A DNA stretch of 64,000 nt from Cryomorphaceae bacterium. Its GTDB lineage: Bacteria > Bacteroidota > Bacteroidia > Flavobacteriales > Schleiferiaceae. The DNA is taken from NCBI GenBank assembly GCA_024638285.1, contig JAHEKP010000001.1, positions 9,093 through 73,092 of the forward strand, in the 5' to 3' direction. The notes beneath the pieces are model-generated. The model was not told where the DNA came from. It worked only from the letters and a program-made list of their open reading frames with translations, and made no database searches. A program made the position numbers and the translations under genes. Position 1 is the stretch's first letter, and the number at the start of each line of letters is the position of its first letter. Shown piece after piece: positions 1 to 10,259 of the stretch.

Positions 1-1
1 T

Positions 2-3000
2 ACGGTAGAGGAGACACCCAGTTGTGATCAACCGGTTAATGTTACTACATCTACTGTTCTTTCGTCATCAGTGGTTTTGAATTGGACCACTTTAAATTCG
101 AATCAGCTAGGATATCAAATTCAATTTGCTCAAGGTAACAGTGGCGCTAGTGGTGGAACTATTGTGAATTCATCAACGAAGCCAGCGACACTTTCCGGGC
201 TTACTCCTAACACCACGTATTCTGTTCGCGTTCGTGACATTTGTGCAGCGGGAGACACTTCGACGTGGTCGGCTTACACTGCATTCACGACTCAATGTTC
301 ATTTGCCACAGCGCCGTTTTTTGAGAATTTTGAGGGCGCAAACTGGGATCCGGCTTCAACATGGAATGTCCAAGGAGATTTAGATCAATGCTGGCTTGAT
401 CAAGGTTCAGCCACACAGTTTTGGACACCCGGTCCTCCTGCATTCAACTGGACACAAACCGGCCCTTCAGGGGATCATACGACAGGATCTGGTCAGTACA
501 TGATGAATCAAGTGACCAGTACTTTCGTAAGTGGAACCAATCCTCGGCTCATTTCACCGTGGATTGATTTGGATACGCTCGTCTCGCCGGAGTTAAGCTT
601 TTACTACCATGGTTATGGCATTGGGATGGGTGACTTTGATGTGTATGTGCAGAAACTTGGCGGTAGCTGGACCGCACTTTGGGATACGTCAGGAGTGACA
701 CACAGCTCTCAAAATGCACCTTGGACAGAAAAAATACTATCTCTAGGTACTTCATATTCAGGTGATACCATTAGAATTCGCTTCGATTGCACGAATACGC
801 AAAATTCATTTTATACACAATTTTCGATTGATGACGTGAAGATTGATGAGGAACCCAGTTGTCCAAAGCCTGATAATACTGCGGTAACTGCTGTTGGTGT
901 TATGGTAGCACAATTGGACTGGACCTCTGGCGGAGCATCAAACTATCAGTTGCGTTACCGTGAGGTTGGAACAAACGCGTGGAGTTGGACTACTGCAAAT
1001 ACATCAGCCAAAGGTATAGGAATGCTTTCAGCGCAAACTACTTATGAATGGCAAGTCAGAGATTCATGCAGTACTGGTGATGTGAGTACTTGGCGCGATG
1101 GCCCAAGATTTAGAACGAATTGTACTTTTTATACGGCGCCGTTTCTTGAACAATTCTCAAGTGCTTCAACATGGATTGGCCCCGCTTGGCCTGATCAAAA
1201 CGGTGAAGTTGACGACTGCTGGCTTCGGTCGGATACCGCAGACTACTTCTGGACAGGAGGGGGCACCGCTGCGCATTATACAGGCACTGGACCGTCAGGT
1301 GATCATACTACAGGCACAGGTGGTTATGCTTTCGCAAGAAGTGCAACGCCTTTTAGTACTACCGCAGATACCGAACTCCGCACTCCACTCATAGATTTAG
1401 ACAGCCTTCAAAGCCCTGAGTTGATTTTCTGGTACCATATGTTTGGGCCGGATATTGATAAACTTAGGGTATATGTAAAAGCAGTAGGTCAATCTGTTGT
1501 TCTTTTAAAAACGATTAGCGGTCAACAACAAAGCAGTTCAAATGCGGCTTGGCTGAAAGAAACCATTAGTCTCTCTGCTTTTGAAAACGATACGGTACAA
1601 ATCATCTTTAAGGCGTGGCGAGACGGATCTAGCTCTTTTACAGCCTATCAAGCGGACATTTCTATTGACGATATTCGAATAGATGAGCCTACGACCTGTC
1701 CAACCCCCAGCATTTCAGTGAACAACATCACGTACAATTCCGCAGATATTACGTGGTCTGGTACGGCGAATTCATCGGCATTAGAATACGACGTTCAAGG
1801 CTTTACATTGGGTTCTGGAACACGTCTTTCCGTTTCAAACCAATCTTTTGGTCTAAGCGGTTTACTTCCTTCAACAACCTATACGGTTTGGGTACAAGAT
1901 ACTTGTACATCTTCTTTAGTAAGTCTTTGGGACAGTATATCCTTCACGACATCTCCATGTCCACCTATTACAGCGACAGGATCTGTTTCGCTAACGGGTA
2001 CAGTTTTAGCGGGTACTTCCTCTACAATAGGTGCAGATTCGACCCTTTGGTTTTGGGGGGATACTACTCAAGATACCGGTACAACTGCTCAACATACCTA
2101 CACCACTATTTTTGGCAACATGAATGTGTACCAAGTGGTCTACAGTGCGTGTGGTAGCGTCGATTCTCTACTACATTCCATAACGGTCTGTGATTCAATG
2201 TCAATACTCACTACTAATGCCATTAACGGTTTGACGGTAGATTTCAATACAACTGGTTCTCAGGGTACAGGTCTAAATTATAATTGGTCCTTTGGTGATG
2301 GAGCGGTGGCGTCTGCTACCTCTGCACCAACGCATACGTACGCGAATTCAGGGCAATATGTAGTTACGCTAACGGCCTCAAGTCTTTGTGGGGATACCGT
2401 TGTGGTTCTGGATACCGTAGAAGTATGCGCTCCAGTGAACTTAACTTTTACAGAATCGGCATCTGGAAATACATTTAATTTTACGGCAACGCCTTCGAAT
2501 CTTACTAATTACAACTGGGACTTCGGTGACGGTTCTACCGGAACAGGGGGGACTGCAAGCAACACGTATACCACCAATGGTTCTTTTACAGTGGTTTTAA
2601 CCGCTACAGACAGTTGCGGGACTCAGCATACCTTCTCCAAAGATGTTGCTACATGTGATCCTCCAGTGGGTAACTTTAGCTTCAACATTGTGTCGACAAG
2701 TTCAAATGGAATGACGGTTAACTTCTTTGCTTCTTCTACAGGCGCAACTCAGTTTCACTGGTTCTGGGGCGATGGAACCAACGATAAAGGCAACTCACCA
2801 AATGCGCAGCACACCTTTGGTGTGATATCGTTGCAATATACCGTTCGGTTGTTGCTGATCAACGATTGTGGTGATACTACGGTAATCATCCATAGTTTAA
2901 CGGAAGTCGGAATGGACGAAAATTCAACTGCCCTAAAGGTTTACCCGAACCCAACACAGGGATATGTTCAATTTGAGTTTGGTTCCAACGTAACCGCAGA

Positions 3001-3160
3001 AATTGAGGTCTTTAATGCGGCTGGCGTCAAAGTAGCGGTTGAAAAGGTACTTCAAGCGAGCGATTCCCAATTGGATCTACATTCTTTACCTGCGGGTAGC
3101 TATGAGATTAGAATATCGACTAATGAACACTTGTGGCGAAGACGCATACTGAAACTCTAA
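2..3160 (+). CDS. Secreted multidomain surface protein, 5'-truncated by the window edge (FN3-like / MAM-like / PKD repeats, T9SS type-A C-terminal sorting domain)
   Basis: The frame is open from base 2 (TVEETPSCDQPVNV... precedes the track's start at 71), so the gene begins upstream. It has two MAM-like modules (FENFEG...GPSGDHTTGSGQY...IDDVKIDE and a second copy), FN3-like modules between them, four PKD-like repeats (NWSFGDG / NWDFGDG / WFWGDG ...HTY), and a C-terminal VYPNPTQGYVQFEF... sorting domain. Confidence 0.75.
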   Translation, partial: TVEETPSCDQPVNVTTSTVLSSSVVLNWTTLNSNQLGYQIQFAQGNSGASGGTIVNSSTKPATLSGLTPNTTYSVRVRDICAAGDTSTWSAYTAFTTQCSFATAPFFENFEGANWDPASTWNVQGDLDQCWLDQGSATQFWTPGPPAFNWTQTGPSGDHTTGSGQYMMNQVTSTFVSGTNPRLISPWIDLDTLVSPELSFYYHGYGIGMGDFDVYVQKLGGSWTALWDTSGVTHSSQNAPWTEKILSLGTSYSGDTIRIRFDCTNTQNSFYTQFSIDDVKIDEEPSCPKPDNTAVTAVGVMVAQLDWTSGGASNYQLRYREVGTNAWSWTTANTSAKGIGMLSAQTTYEWQVRDSCSTGDVSTWRDGPRFRTNCTFYTAPFLEQFSSASTWIGPAWPDQNGEVDDCWLRSDTADYFWTGGGTAAHYTGTGPSGDHTTGTGGYAFARSATPFSTTADTELRTPLIDLDSLQSPELIFWYHMFGPDIDKLRVYVKAVGQSVVLLKTISGQQQSSSNAAWLKETISLSAFENDTVQIIFKAWRDGSSSFTAYQADISIDDIRIDEPTTCPTPSISVNNITYNSADITWSGTANSSALEYDVQGFTLGSGTRLSVSNQSFGLSGLLPSTTYTVWVQDTCTSSLVSLWDSISFTTSPCPPITATGSVSLTGTVLAGTSSTIGADSTLWFWGDTTQDTGTTAQHTYTTIFGNMNVYQVVYSACGSVDSLLHSITVCDSMSILTTNAINGLTVDFNTTGSQGTGLNYNWSFGDGAVASATSAPTHTYANSGQYVVTLTASSLCGDTVVVLDTVEVCAPVNLTFTESASGNTFNFTATPSNLTNYNWDFGDGSTGTGGTASNTYTTNGSFTVVLTATDSCGTQHTFSKDVATCDPPVGNFSFNIVSTSSNGMTVNFFASSTGATQFHWFWGDGTNDKGNSPNAQHTFGVISLQYTVRLLLINDCGDTTVIIHSLTEVGMDENSTALKVYPNPTQGYVQFEFGSNVTAEIEVFNAAGVKVAVEKVLQASDSQLDLHSLPAGSYEIRISTNEHLWRRRILKL

Positions 3161-3181
3161 GTTTTTCCTAGCACAGTGCCT

Positions 3182-3189
3182 TATATTTG
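3182..3189 (+). promoter_or_regulatory. Bacteroidetes sigma-A -7 box (TAnnTTTG) upstream of accC
   Basis: TATATTTG, 30 nt before the ATG at 3220. Confidence 0.45.
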
Positions 3190-3219
3190 CTTGAACGCAT
3201 CAAGCGAACGTATCACATT

Positions 3220-4704
3220 ATGAAACCTATTACCAAAATATTGGTCGCGAATCGCGGCGAAATCGCCTTGCGCGTCATGCGCAGTGCCCGTGAAATGGGC
3301 ATTAAAACTGTAGCTGTATTTTCTGAAGTGGATCGAAGAGCTCCACATGTGCTTTTTGCAGATGAGGCCGTTTGTCTAGGTCCGGCGCCTTCTTCGGAGA
3401 GTTACCTTAAGGGCGACAAGATTATAGCATTTGCAAAGGAACTTAAGGTAGATGCCATTCATCCAGGTTACGGCTTCTTAAGTGAAAATGCAGTTTTTGC
3501 GGCTGCAGTTGAAGCTGCAGGCATAATATTTATAGGTCCGCGAGAGCATGCCATTCAGGTGATGGGTGATAAATTGAGTGCGAAGGCTGCTGTAGAGGAC
3601 TTTGATGTTCCGTTAGTTCCGGGTTCCGATGGAGAGGTTACGGATGTGGAAGCCGCGAAAAAATTGGCTACAGCTATCGGTTTTCCCGTTATGATTAAGG
3701 CGAGCGCTGGAGGCGGTGGTAAGGGAATGCGTATTGTACACGAGGTTACTGAATTTGAAAATCAAATGCAACGTGCAGTTAGTGAAGCGACCAACAGCTT
3801 TGGAAACGGAGCAGTGTTTGTTGAAAAGTACATTCAAAACCCACGTCACATTGAAATTCAAGTTCTCGCAGATGCGCATGGAAATGTTGTGCATTTGTTT
3901 GAGAGAGAATGTTCTATTCAACGAAGACATCAAAAGGTCATTGAAGAAGCACCTTCTGTAGTACTTACTCCTGAGCTAAGAGCTGCAATGGGTGAGGCTG
4001 CAGTGAACGTTGCAAAAGCTTGTGATTATCGTGGTGCAGGAACTGTTGAGTTCATTTTTGAACCGGGTGGTAAATTCTATTTCCTAGAGATGAATACCCG
4101 TTTGCAAGTGGAGCACCCGGTTACTGAGCAGATTACTGGAATAGATTTAGTAAAAGCGCAAATTCAAATCGCACAAGGTGAGGTGTTGCCTTTTACCCAG
4201 GACGATCTCAAGATTCAGGGACATGCTATCGAGGTACGGGTTTATGCGGAAGATGCGGCAGCGAATTTCATGCCTGGAACTGGAACTTTGCGAGAATACC
4301 GTCGGCCACAGGGATTAGGAGTTCGAGTGGATGATGGTTTGGAAGAAGGTATGGAGGTTAGTATTTACTACGATCCTATGATTGCTAAACTCATCACTTT
4401 TGGGGCTGACCGCACAGAGGCCATTGCCAGAATGAAACGTGCGATGAGTGAATACAGAATCAGTGGCGTTCAGACGACTATAGATTTTGCCCAATTTGTC
4501 ATGGATCATGAGGCATTCGTGAGTGGCGATTTTGATACTCATTTTGTGGCCAATTATTACACACCAGAGGCCTTAGATAAAAGCAATCCAGAGTTGGAGG
4601 CTGTTGGCGCGATGGCACTGAGCAATCTTCTACAAGGACAAAAAGAAACGCAACGCACGAGCACATCAAATGGCCAAAGTCGCTGGAAGCAAAACAGGAG
4701 TTAA
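3220..4704 (+). CDS. accC: Biotin carboxylase (acetyl-CoA carboxylase biotin carboxylase subunit family)
   Basis: MKPITKILVANRGEIALR N-terminus, ATP-grasp GGGGKGMR loop, EMNTRLQVEHPVTE motif. I chose the ATG at 3220 because a TAnnTTTG -7 box (3182-3189) overlaps the track's upstream TTG start at 3187. No BCCP gene is adjacent. Confidence 0.85.
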   Translation: MKPITKILVANRGEIALRVMRSAREMGIKTVAVFSEVDRRAPHVLFADEAVCLGPAPSSESYLKGDKIIAFAKELKVDAIHPGYGFLSENAVFAAAVEAAGIIFIGPREHAIQVMGDKLSAKAAVEDFDVPLVPGSDGEVTDVEAAKKLATAIGFPVMIKASAGGGGKGMRIVHEVTEFENQMQRAVSEATNSFGNGAVFVEKYIQNPRHIEIQVLADAHGNVVHLFERECSIQRRHQKVIEEAPSVVLTPELRAAMGEAAVNVAKACDYRGAGTVEFIFEPGGKFYFLEMNTRLQVEHPVTEQITGIDLVKAQIQIAQGEVLPFTQDDLKIQGHAIEVRVYAEDAAANFMPGTGTLREYRRPQGLGVRVDDGLEEGMEVSIYYDPMIAKLITFGADRTEAIARMKRAMSEYRISGVQTTIDFAQFVMDHEAFVSGDFDTHFVANYYTPEALDKSNPELEAVGAMALSNLLQGQKETQRTSTSNGQSRWKQNRS

Positions 4705-5344
4705 AGTTTTTTTTACGCTTTTGTGGTGCCTTTCGGTACACGCTCAAAAGGTAGATACTTTAAGTACAGCCGCTCATCCGAATAGTCCTTTGTTTGGGCA
4801 ATTGATTGTGGATGGAGATACTGTGCCTTGGTCGGTTTTAGATGAAGTATTGTTCGTAGCAAAACCAACCTTAAACGATATTCAAGCACGCAGAAATTAC
4901 TATGCATTAATGAAAAAGGTATCGCGTGTCTATCCTTATGTACGAGAGGCCGCTTTACGTATGGATTCTGTGAATATGCAGTTGGAAGGAATCGACCGCA
5001 GGCGGCAGCGTAGAAAATACACGAAGTCTTACCAGAACTATCTGCAAGAGCGTTTTGAGCCGGAGTTAAGAAAGTTAACACGCAGTGAAGGACAGATTTT
5101 AAGTAAATTAATTTACAGAGAGACGCACACGAGTGTGTATGAGATAATTAAATCTTATAGAAGCGGTTTATCTGCAAGGTTTTGGTCCATGACGGCGTGG
5201 TGGTATGACATTGATTTAAAACGGCCTTACGATCCTGAAAATGATGCAGAGGATCGGCTTATTGAAAATATTTTATTGCGGAAATTCATCGCAGGAGAAC
5301 TGATTCCGGCAAGAGCAAACGAACGTATCCGCTATCAGCGCTAA
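4670..5344 (+). CDS. Conserved secreted protein of unknown function (possibly DUF4294 family)
   Basis: 224 aa ORF with an N-terminal signal-like segment (FFTLLWCLSVHAQ). It overlaps the accC 3' end by 35 nt. The family assignment is from memory of size and phylum only. Confidence 0.5.
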   Translation: MAKVAGSKTGVKVFFTLLWCLSVHAQKVDTLSTAAHPNSPLFGQLIVDGDTVPWSVLDEVLFVAKPTLNDIQARRNYYALMKKVSRVYPYVREAALRMDSVNMQLEGIDRRRQRRKYTKSYQNYLQERFEPELRKLTRSEGQILSKLIYRETHTSVYEIIKSYRSGLSARFWSMTAWWYDIDLKRPYDPENDAEDRLIENILLRKFIAGELIPARANERIRYQR

Positions 5345-5395
5345 TATCTCTGAAAGGGTTTTCTTAAATTAAGCCTGCATTAACGTACTTCACAA

Positions 5396-6289
5396 GTGAA
5401 AATAACAGAAGCCTTACGCATTTTAGAATTGGACACCTTGCCTAAGGACGAGCGAGCGGTTTCTGTGGCTTATAAAAGGCTGGCGAAGAAAAGACACCCA
5501 GATTCAGGAGGAACGGAAGAGGCGTTTCAGGAGTTAGGAGCGGCTGTAGAATACGTGTTACGGGCATTGGCATTAGTAGACGCAACGGTTGAACAAACAA
5601 AACGACGCTCGGCGGAGACGGATGCTTTAGCGGAGAAACGTGCAAAAATGCGTGCGGAGATGTTAAAACGCCGGGCAGAAGAGGACCGCAAGCGAAATAT
5701 ACAAGCTACTTGGGGTATTAGTGTGATTCTCATAGTTATTGTATTGTTTGGAATTGGTATGGTCATTCAACCACGTTTCAATCACTGGATGGTTGAAAAA
5801 GAGCGTGTGGAACGCATGGCTACTGTTTTAAGTACAGGTCCTGATCGCAGCTACACCATAAGCTGGAATTATCAAGGCGAATCATATACTGAGGTATTAA
5901 ATGGTCGATTCATAGACGGAAAATGGCTGGTAGGCCCTGCCGGTATGCCAATGATTAAAGGAGGAAAGTATATTGTATCCTTTAATGGGAGAAATCCCAA
6001 TTACTTTGAATTAAAAGATAAATACATTGACCCGGAAACAGCCGATCGCTATTTTTCTGTTGTCAAATATCCGCTGGCAGCAGCATTGAACTTACCGGAT
6101 AGTGATCCAGATGTAGTTTGCATTTTTTGGTCAGTTTTAGATGAGTTTGGTGTAGATGGGGTCGCTCATATATTCTTCGGGGCTTTACCGATGCGAAAGA
6201 ATTGGAAGCACAACGAACGAAGTTTTCAGGCTTTGAAAGAATCGGAAGCCTTTCAAAAGCTGTACAGAAGTTGTTTGGGAATAGAGTAG
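5396..6289 (+). CDS. J-domain (DnaJ-like) membrane protein with uncharacterised C-terminal domain
   Basis: GTG start. N-terminal J domain with an HPD motif (YKRLAKKRHPDSGG), a basic coiled segment, one TM helix (WGISVILIVIVLFGIGMVI), then about 170 aa with no motif I recognise. Confidence 0.7.
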   Translation: MKITEALRILELDTLPKDERAVSVAYKRLAKKRHPDSGGTEEAFQELGAAVEYVLRALALVDATVEQTKRRSAETDALAEKRAKMRAEMLKRRAEEDRKRNIQATWGISVILIVIVLFGIGMVIQPRFNHWMVEKERVERMATVLSTGPDRSYTISWNYQGESYTEVLNGRFIDGKWLVGPAGMPMIKGGKYIVSFNGRNPNYFELKDKYIDPETADRYFSVVKYPLAAALNLPDSDPDVVCIFWSVLDEFGVDGVAHIFFGALPMRKNWKHNERSFQALKESEAFQKLYRSCLGIE

Positions 6290-6308
6290 AAGATCGCTCA
6301 GAAGCCAA

Positions 6309-6316
6309 TACCTTTG
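6309..6316 (+). promoter_or_regulatory. Bacteroidetes -7 box upstream of hisS
   Basis: TACCTTTG, 26 nt before the ATG at 6343. Confidence 0.45.
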
Positions 6317-6342
6317 TAGTCTAGATTATCAATACGAGTCCT

Positions 6343-7692
6343 ATGAAACCCTCATTAGCGAAAGGTACCAGAGATTTTTCAGCGGCGGAAGTGCAGAAGC
6401 GCCAATACATCATGAATGTTTTGCGTGAGCAGTTTGAATTGCGCGGCTACGATCCTATAGAAACGCCTTCATTTGAAAATATAGAAACGCTGACCGGTAA
6501 ATACGGTGAGGAAGGGGACCGATTGATTTTTAAAATTCTACGTTCCGGCGATTTTACATCTAAGATTGATGAAGGATTATGGGCGAATAAAAACCCAAAA
6601 GTCCTTACGTCAAAAGTTGCAGATAAGGCTTTGCGCTATGATCTAACTGTTCCTTTCGCTCGGTATGTTGTCCAGCACCAAAATGAACTAGCCTTTCCGT
6701 TTAAACGCTACCAGATGCAGCCGGTTTGGCGTGCAGACCGTCCACAGAAGGGACGTTTTCGTGAGTTTTACCAGTGCGATGCAGATGTTGTAGGGTCGGA
6801 CAGTTTGTGGCAAGAAGTAGAATTGATCCAATTGTATGATGCATCGTTTACTAAACTAGGTCTTTCCACAACTATTAAAGTAAACAACCGCAAAATTCTA
6901 GCAGGAATGGCGGAGGTACTAGGAATTAGCGACGCATTTATTGCATTTACGGTTGCCATTGATAAGTTAGATAAGGTAGGAGTAGAAGGTGTTTTGAAAG
7001 AAATGCGTACACAGGGATTACCTGAAATTGCCGTAACAACCTTTGGGCAGTGGATAGAAGAAGGGCTGACGCTCGACCGATTGACGGGATTATTAGCAGA
7101 AAGTTCAGAAGGTAAATTAGGACTGGATGAGATGAATTTCGTCTTGTCACAGGCCGCAGCTGGATTGAATAGCGCTGAATTAGTTTTCGACTTCACCCTC
7201 GCTCGTGGACTTAACTACTACACGGGAACTATTTTCGAAGTTGCTGCAAATGGCGTTTCGATGGGAAGTATTGGTGGCGGAGGACGCTATGCAGACCTAA
7301 CCAGTATTTTCGGAATGAAGAATACATCCGGTGTTGGGATTAGCTTTGGTTTAGACCGTATTTATATTTGTTTAGAAGAATTAGATTTATTCCCATCCAC
7401 CACGGCGAATGCTTCTGCGGTATTGTTTGCGAACTTTGGTCCAGAGGAGAGTGTGGTTGCCTACCAATGGGTTGCAAAACTCGTTGCTTTAGGTGTTCGC
7501 GCGGAACTGTATCCAGACGCTTCGAAACTTAAAAAGCAATTTGATTTCGCCGATAAAAAAGGCATCGGTTATCTCGCGTTAGTGGGCACAAATGAAATGA
7601 CAGCCTCAGCAATTCCCGTGAAGAATCTTGCTACTGGAGAACAAATTACTTTAGACTTAGAAGGAATTTGTGCTTTAGTGAAAGGTGCTTAG
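6343..7692 (+). CDS. hisS: Histidine--tRNA ligase
   Basis: Class II aaRS HisS signatures: KGTRDF N-terminus, [35 protein letters not shown], and a C-terminal anticodon-binding domain. Confidence 0.95.
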   Translation: MKPSLAKGTRDFSAAEVQKRQYIMNVLREQFELRGYDPIETPSFENIETLTGKYGEEGDRLIFKILRSGDFTSKIDEGLWANKNPKVLTSKVADKALRYDLTVPFARYVVQHQNELAFPFKRYQMQPVWRADRPQKGRFREFYQCDADVVGSDSLWQEVELIQLYDASFTKLGLSTTIKVNNRKILAGMAEVLGISDAFIAFTVAIDKLDKVGVEGVLKEMRTQGLPEIAVTTFGQWIEEGLTLDRLTGLLAESSEGKLGLDEMNFVLSQAAAGLNSAELVFDFTLARGLNYYTGTIFEVAANGVSMGSIGGGGRYADLTSIFGMKNTSGVGISFGLDRIYICLEELDLFPSTTANASAVLFANFGPEESVVAYQWVAKLVALGVRAELYPDASKLKKQFDFADKKGIGYLALVGTNEMTASAIPVKNLATGEQITLDLEGICALVKGA

Positions 7693-8975
7693 CTACGTGC
7701 AATTCGTTCCCAAAGGGCACGGTCATTATGCTCTGGTTTCATAAGCACACTGCGTACTACAGTTATACTAGGGACATCCCATTCCATCTGCCATGGGCAG
7801 TTTTGCTGCGGCAGGCTGAACAGCGCGAGATGAATGTTTTCTTCTGCTTTTTGCTCAAAAAACGCTCGGTTTTTAGCACTTATTTCTGAAGCTTTCAAAC
7901 CAGGTAAACTGAATATGCAAATATCTAGTTGGGGTTCCAGTACCCACCATCCCTTGGCCATTAAAGTGTTTTTCAGTCCTTGGGCTGCTGCAAGGCTTGA
8001 ATTCAGCCGCTGTGCAAAGTTCCCGGAACGCACATATGGGAATTTTTGTTGTGTCGCCCAGAGTGCAGCAGCAGCAGCACCAGCTCGTGAACATTCAAGC
8101 GTGATTTCACCTAAGTGTAATTGGTCGGACGTAAAATACGTGTAGGGACTATCGTGTTTGTAAAAGCGTCCTTCTTCAGGATTTTTAAACAGCACTGCAC
8201 CGCAACCATAGGGCTGCAGACCGTGCTTATGCGGATCAATAACAATAGAATCGGCCTCGGCTATCGCGGTAAAATGCCGTTGCACGTCTTTTGGAAGGTT
8301 AGCCAGCGTAAAGTAGCCTCCGTAAGCTGCGTCAACGTGTATACGGGCGTCGTAGGCTCGTGCTAAGGGAATAATATCCTCAAGAGGATCTACTGCCCCC
8401 ATACCGGTCGTTCCAAGTGTTACAACGATGGTCGCTTTTACCCCTTGACTTTGGAGGTTCTCCAAAGCAACACTCAGCGCAGTACTATCCATCGATCCGT
8501 TTTCTGTCGATCTGATGGTTTGAAAAGGCATTCCCAGTACTTCACTCATCCTACTGTGCGTGTAATGCGCATGTTCATTCGCTAAAATGATGGTATTTGC
8601 ATTGGATTGACGTGCAACCCAGAGTGCTTCTAGGTTTGCAGTAGTTCCACCAGAGGTTAAATGTCCCAATGGTTTTGAAAAGCCTACCATCCTTCCAAAG
8701 GCGGCTATGGTCTCAAGTTCTAGGGCTGAGGTTGCACGTCCTCCATCAAGGGCATGATTGTTTGGATTGACAAAACTGGTCATCCAATGTGCAGCCTGTG
8801 CAAGCGGAAGCGGCGGCTTGATCATTTGACCGGCGTAATCTGGGCTATGGTATGGATAGTTGTCCTGAAGCTTATGAGCCAATTCTTTCAAGATGGCCTC
8901 ATCTGCAGCGTCTAAGGGTAATTGAGGGAATTCTAAATTCAATAAATGTGTCCAATCCATATTGGAAAAGTACAT
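7689..8975 (-). CDS. PLP-dependent group II decarboxylase family protein
   Basis: [22 protein letters not shown] and the PLP-lysine motif DPHKHG. I chose the ATG at 8975-8973, which overlaps the Cry-DASH stop as TAATG; the ATG at 8960 is an alternative. The track's 9092 start would overlap Cry-DASH by 118 nt. Confidence 0.8.
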   Translation of the reverse strand: MYFSNMDWTHLLNLEFPQLPLDAADEAILKELAHKLQDNYPYHSPDYAGQMIKPPLPLAQAAHWMTSFVNPNNHALDGGRATSALELETIAAFGRMVGFSKPLGHLTSGGTTANLEALWVARQSNANTIILANEHAHYTHSRMSEVLGMPFQTIRSTENGSMDSTALSVALENLQSQGVKATIVVTLGTTGMGAVDPLEDIIPLARAYDARIHVDAAYGGYFTLANLPKDVQRHFTAIAEADSIVIDPHKHGLQPYGCGAVLFKNPEEGRFYKHDSPYTYFTSDQLHLGEITLECSRAGAAAAALWATQQKFPYVRSGNFAQRLNSSLAAAQGLKNTLMAKGWWVLEPQLDICIFSLPGLKASEISAKNRAFFEQKAEENIHLALFSLPQQNCPWQMEWDVPSITVVRSVLMKPEHNDRALWERIARS

Positions 8976-10258
8976 TAATTCAACCAAGTATTTACATAGC
9001 TTTTGTCCGGATCGTAGCGTTCCAACTGCATTTTCGTATTGAATTTCCTGAACGGTCGGGGGTCGTTCCCGCGACCTGCGATATAAAGCCAATTCCCATA
9101 GTTTGAAGCAGGATCAAAGTCAATCAATTGACTTTCAAACCAAGCCGCGCCGCTGCGCCAATCCAATCCCATATCGTGAATGAGAAAGGAAGCTACGTTT
9201 TGACGGCCTCTGTTGCTCATAAAACCGGTAGCTAACAACTCTTTCATATTGGCATCCACTAATGGATCGCCAGTCTCACCATTTTTCCATTGATCGTACT
9301 TCCGCTTATTGAAGTGCGGCTTCCAGGGCTTTTCAGGTTGGAGTCCTGTTGGCATAAAAAGAAGTTTGCCAGCATTGTAAGCCGTCCATTGGAAAAATTC
9401 TCTCCAAAGTAATTCGATGAAGAGCCAGTACGTGCTGTCGTTACTGGTATGTCGTTCTTCGAATTGGTCCAATTCGTCCATTACCTGAGCTGCACTTATA
9501 CAACCGATGGCTAGGAAGGGTGAGAATTTTGAACTAAAAGATCGACCCAACATGCCGTTCCTAGTTTCTTTATAGACTTGAACCGCTTGTTCACCTTCCC
9601 AAAAATAGTCCTCGAGCGCACGCCAGGCCTCACGTACACCTCCTCGATATGGAAATGCAGTGCGGTCATCGGGCGCTGGAGTACTTACGTCCCATTCTCC
9701 TTGTAACTGACTAAAGCTACTGACATCTACAGGAGAGATTGCAGGCTCCTCCCAAGCTTTTCTTGGCGCCGCATACTTTTCTACTTTTCTTCGGAATGGA
9801 GAAAATACCTGAGGCATATTTTCTATGCTGAAAGGAAAATCATCCGGTTGGTACAATGTACGCTCTAGGAAAAATGTTACTTCTATACCTTCACTTTTAC
9901 CCCAAAGGTTCAGCTGCAATTGCTCATGCACTTCGTATGCTGATAATTCCTTTGGCGCATAAATAGCATCGGTCTCGAAAGTCGCTGCCAACTCTTGTAA
10001 TGTTGTCACGGGATCACCTTCTAGCAACAAAAGATCGCTACCGTACTCGCGTAATTTTACCCGTAAATCCATGGCTGCATCGTGCAAGAATTGTTCGCGC
10101 CAAGCACCGATGGTGGGGTTGCCCCAAGAATCGATTTGATCCGCAGTAGGAATAAAATACACGGGAATTACGGTTTCAAACGTGTTGTAAGCTTGAAGCA
10201 CGGGGAGGTTGTCACCTAGTCTTAGATTGTTACGAAACCAAAGAATGCAAGTACTCAT
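8975..10258 (-). CDS. Cryptochrome DASH (CPF family, ssDNA photolyase-like)
   Basis: Strong match to the Cry-DASH pattern: WFRNNLRLGDN, YKETRNGMLG..SSKFSPFLA.GCIS, NDSTYWL..ELLWREFF, PLVDANMKEL..TGFMSNRGRQNVASFL, WFES.LIDFD..SNYGNW. Confidence 0.9.
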   Translation of the reverse strand: MSTCILWFRNNLRLGDNLPVLQAYNTFETVIPVYFIPTADQIDSWGNPTIGAWREQFLHDAAMDLRVKLREYGSDLLLLEGDPVTTLQELAATFETDAIYAPKELSAYEVHEQLQLNLWGKSEGIEVTFFLERTLYQPDDFPFSIENMPQVFSPFRRKVEKYAAPRKAWEEPAISPVDVSSFSQLQGEWDVSTPAPDDRTAFPYRGGVREAWRALEDYFWEGEQAVQVYKETRNGMLGRSFSSKFSPFLAIGCISAAQVMDELDQFEERHTSNDSTYWLFIELLWREFFQWTAYNAGKLLFMPTGLQPEKPWKPHFNKRKYDQWKNGETGDPLVDANMKELLATGFMSNRGRQNVASFLIHDMGLDWRSGAAWFESQLIDFDPASNYGNWLYIAGRGNDPRPFRKFNTKMQLERYDPDKSYVNTWLN

Positions 10259-10259
10259 G

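Noticed and set aside
3187-3219. Upstream TTG start for accC given by the track
   Set aside because: It overlaps a TAnnTTTG -7 box, and the homologous N-terminus (MKxxxKILVANRGEIA) begins at the ATG at 3220.
6768-7196. Long antisense or alternative-frame ORFs inside well-supported genes (for example 6768..7196 in hisS, 1098..1394 and 1753..2157 in the first gene, 13735..14169, 14645..15019, 56085..56462, 58406..58819, 61865..62292)
   Set aside because: These are shadow ORFs. Their composition is low-complexity or biased, they have no recognisable motifs, and each is fully contained in a CDS with strong homology on the other frame or strand.
8976-9092. N-terminal extension of the decarboxylase ORF
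   Set aside because: It would overlap the Cry-DASH 3' end by 118 nt in another frame. An ATG forming TAATG with the Cry-DASH stop (8975) or the ATG at 8960 gives a normal protein start.
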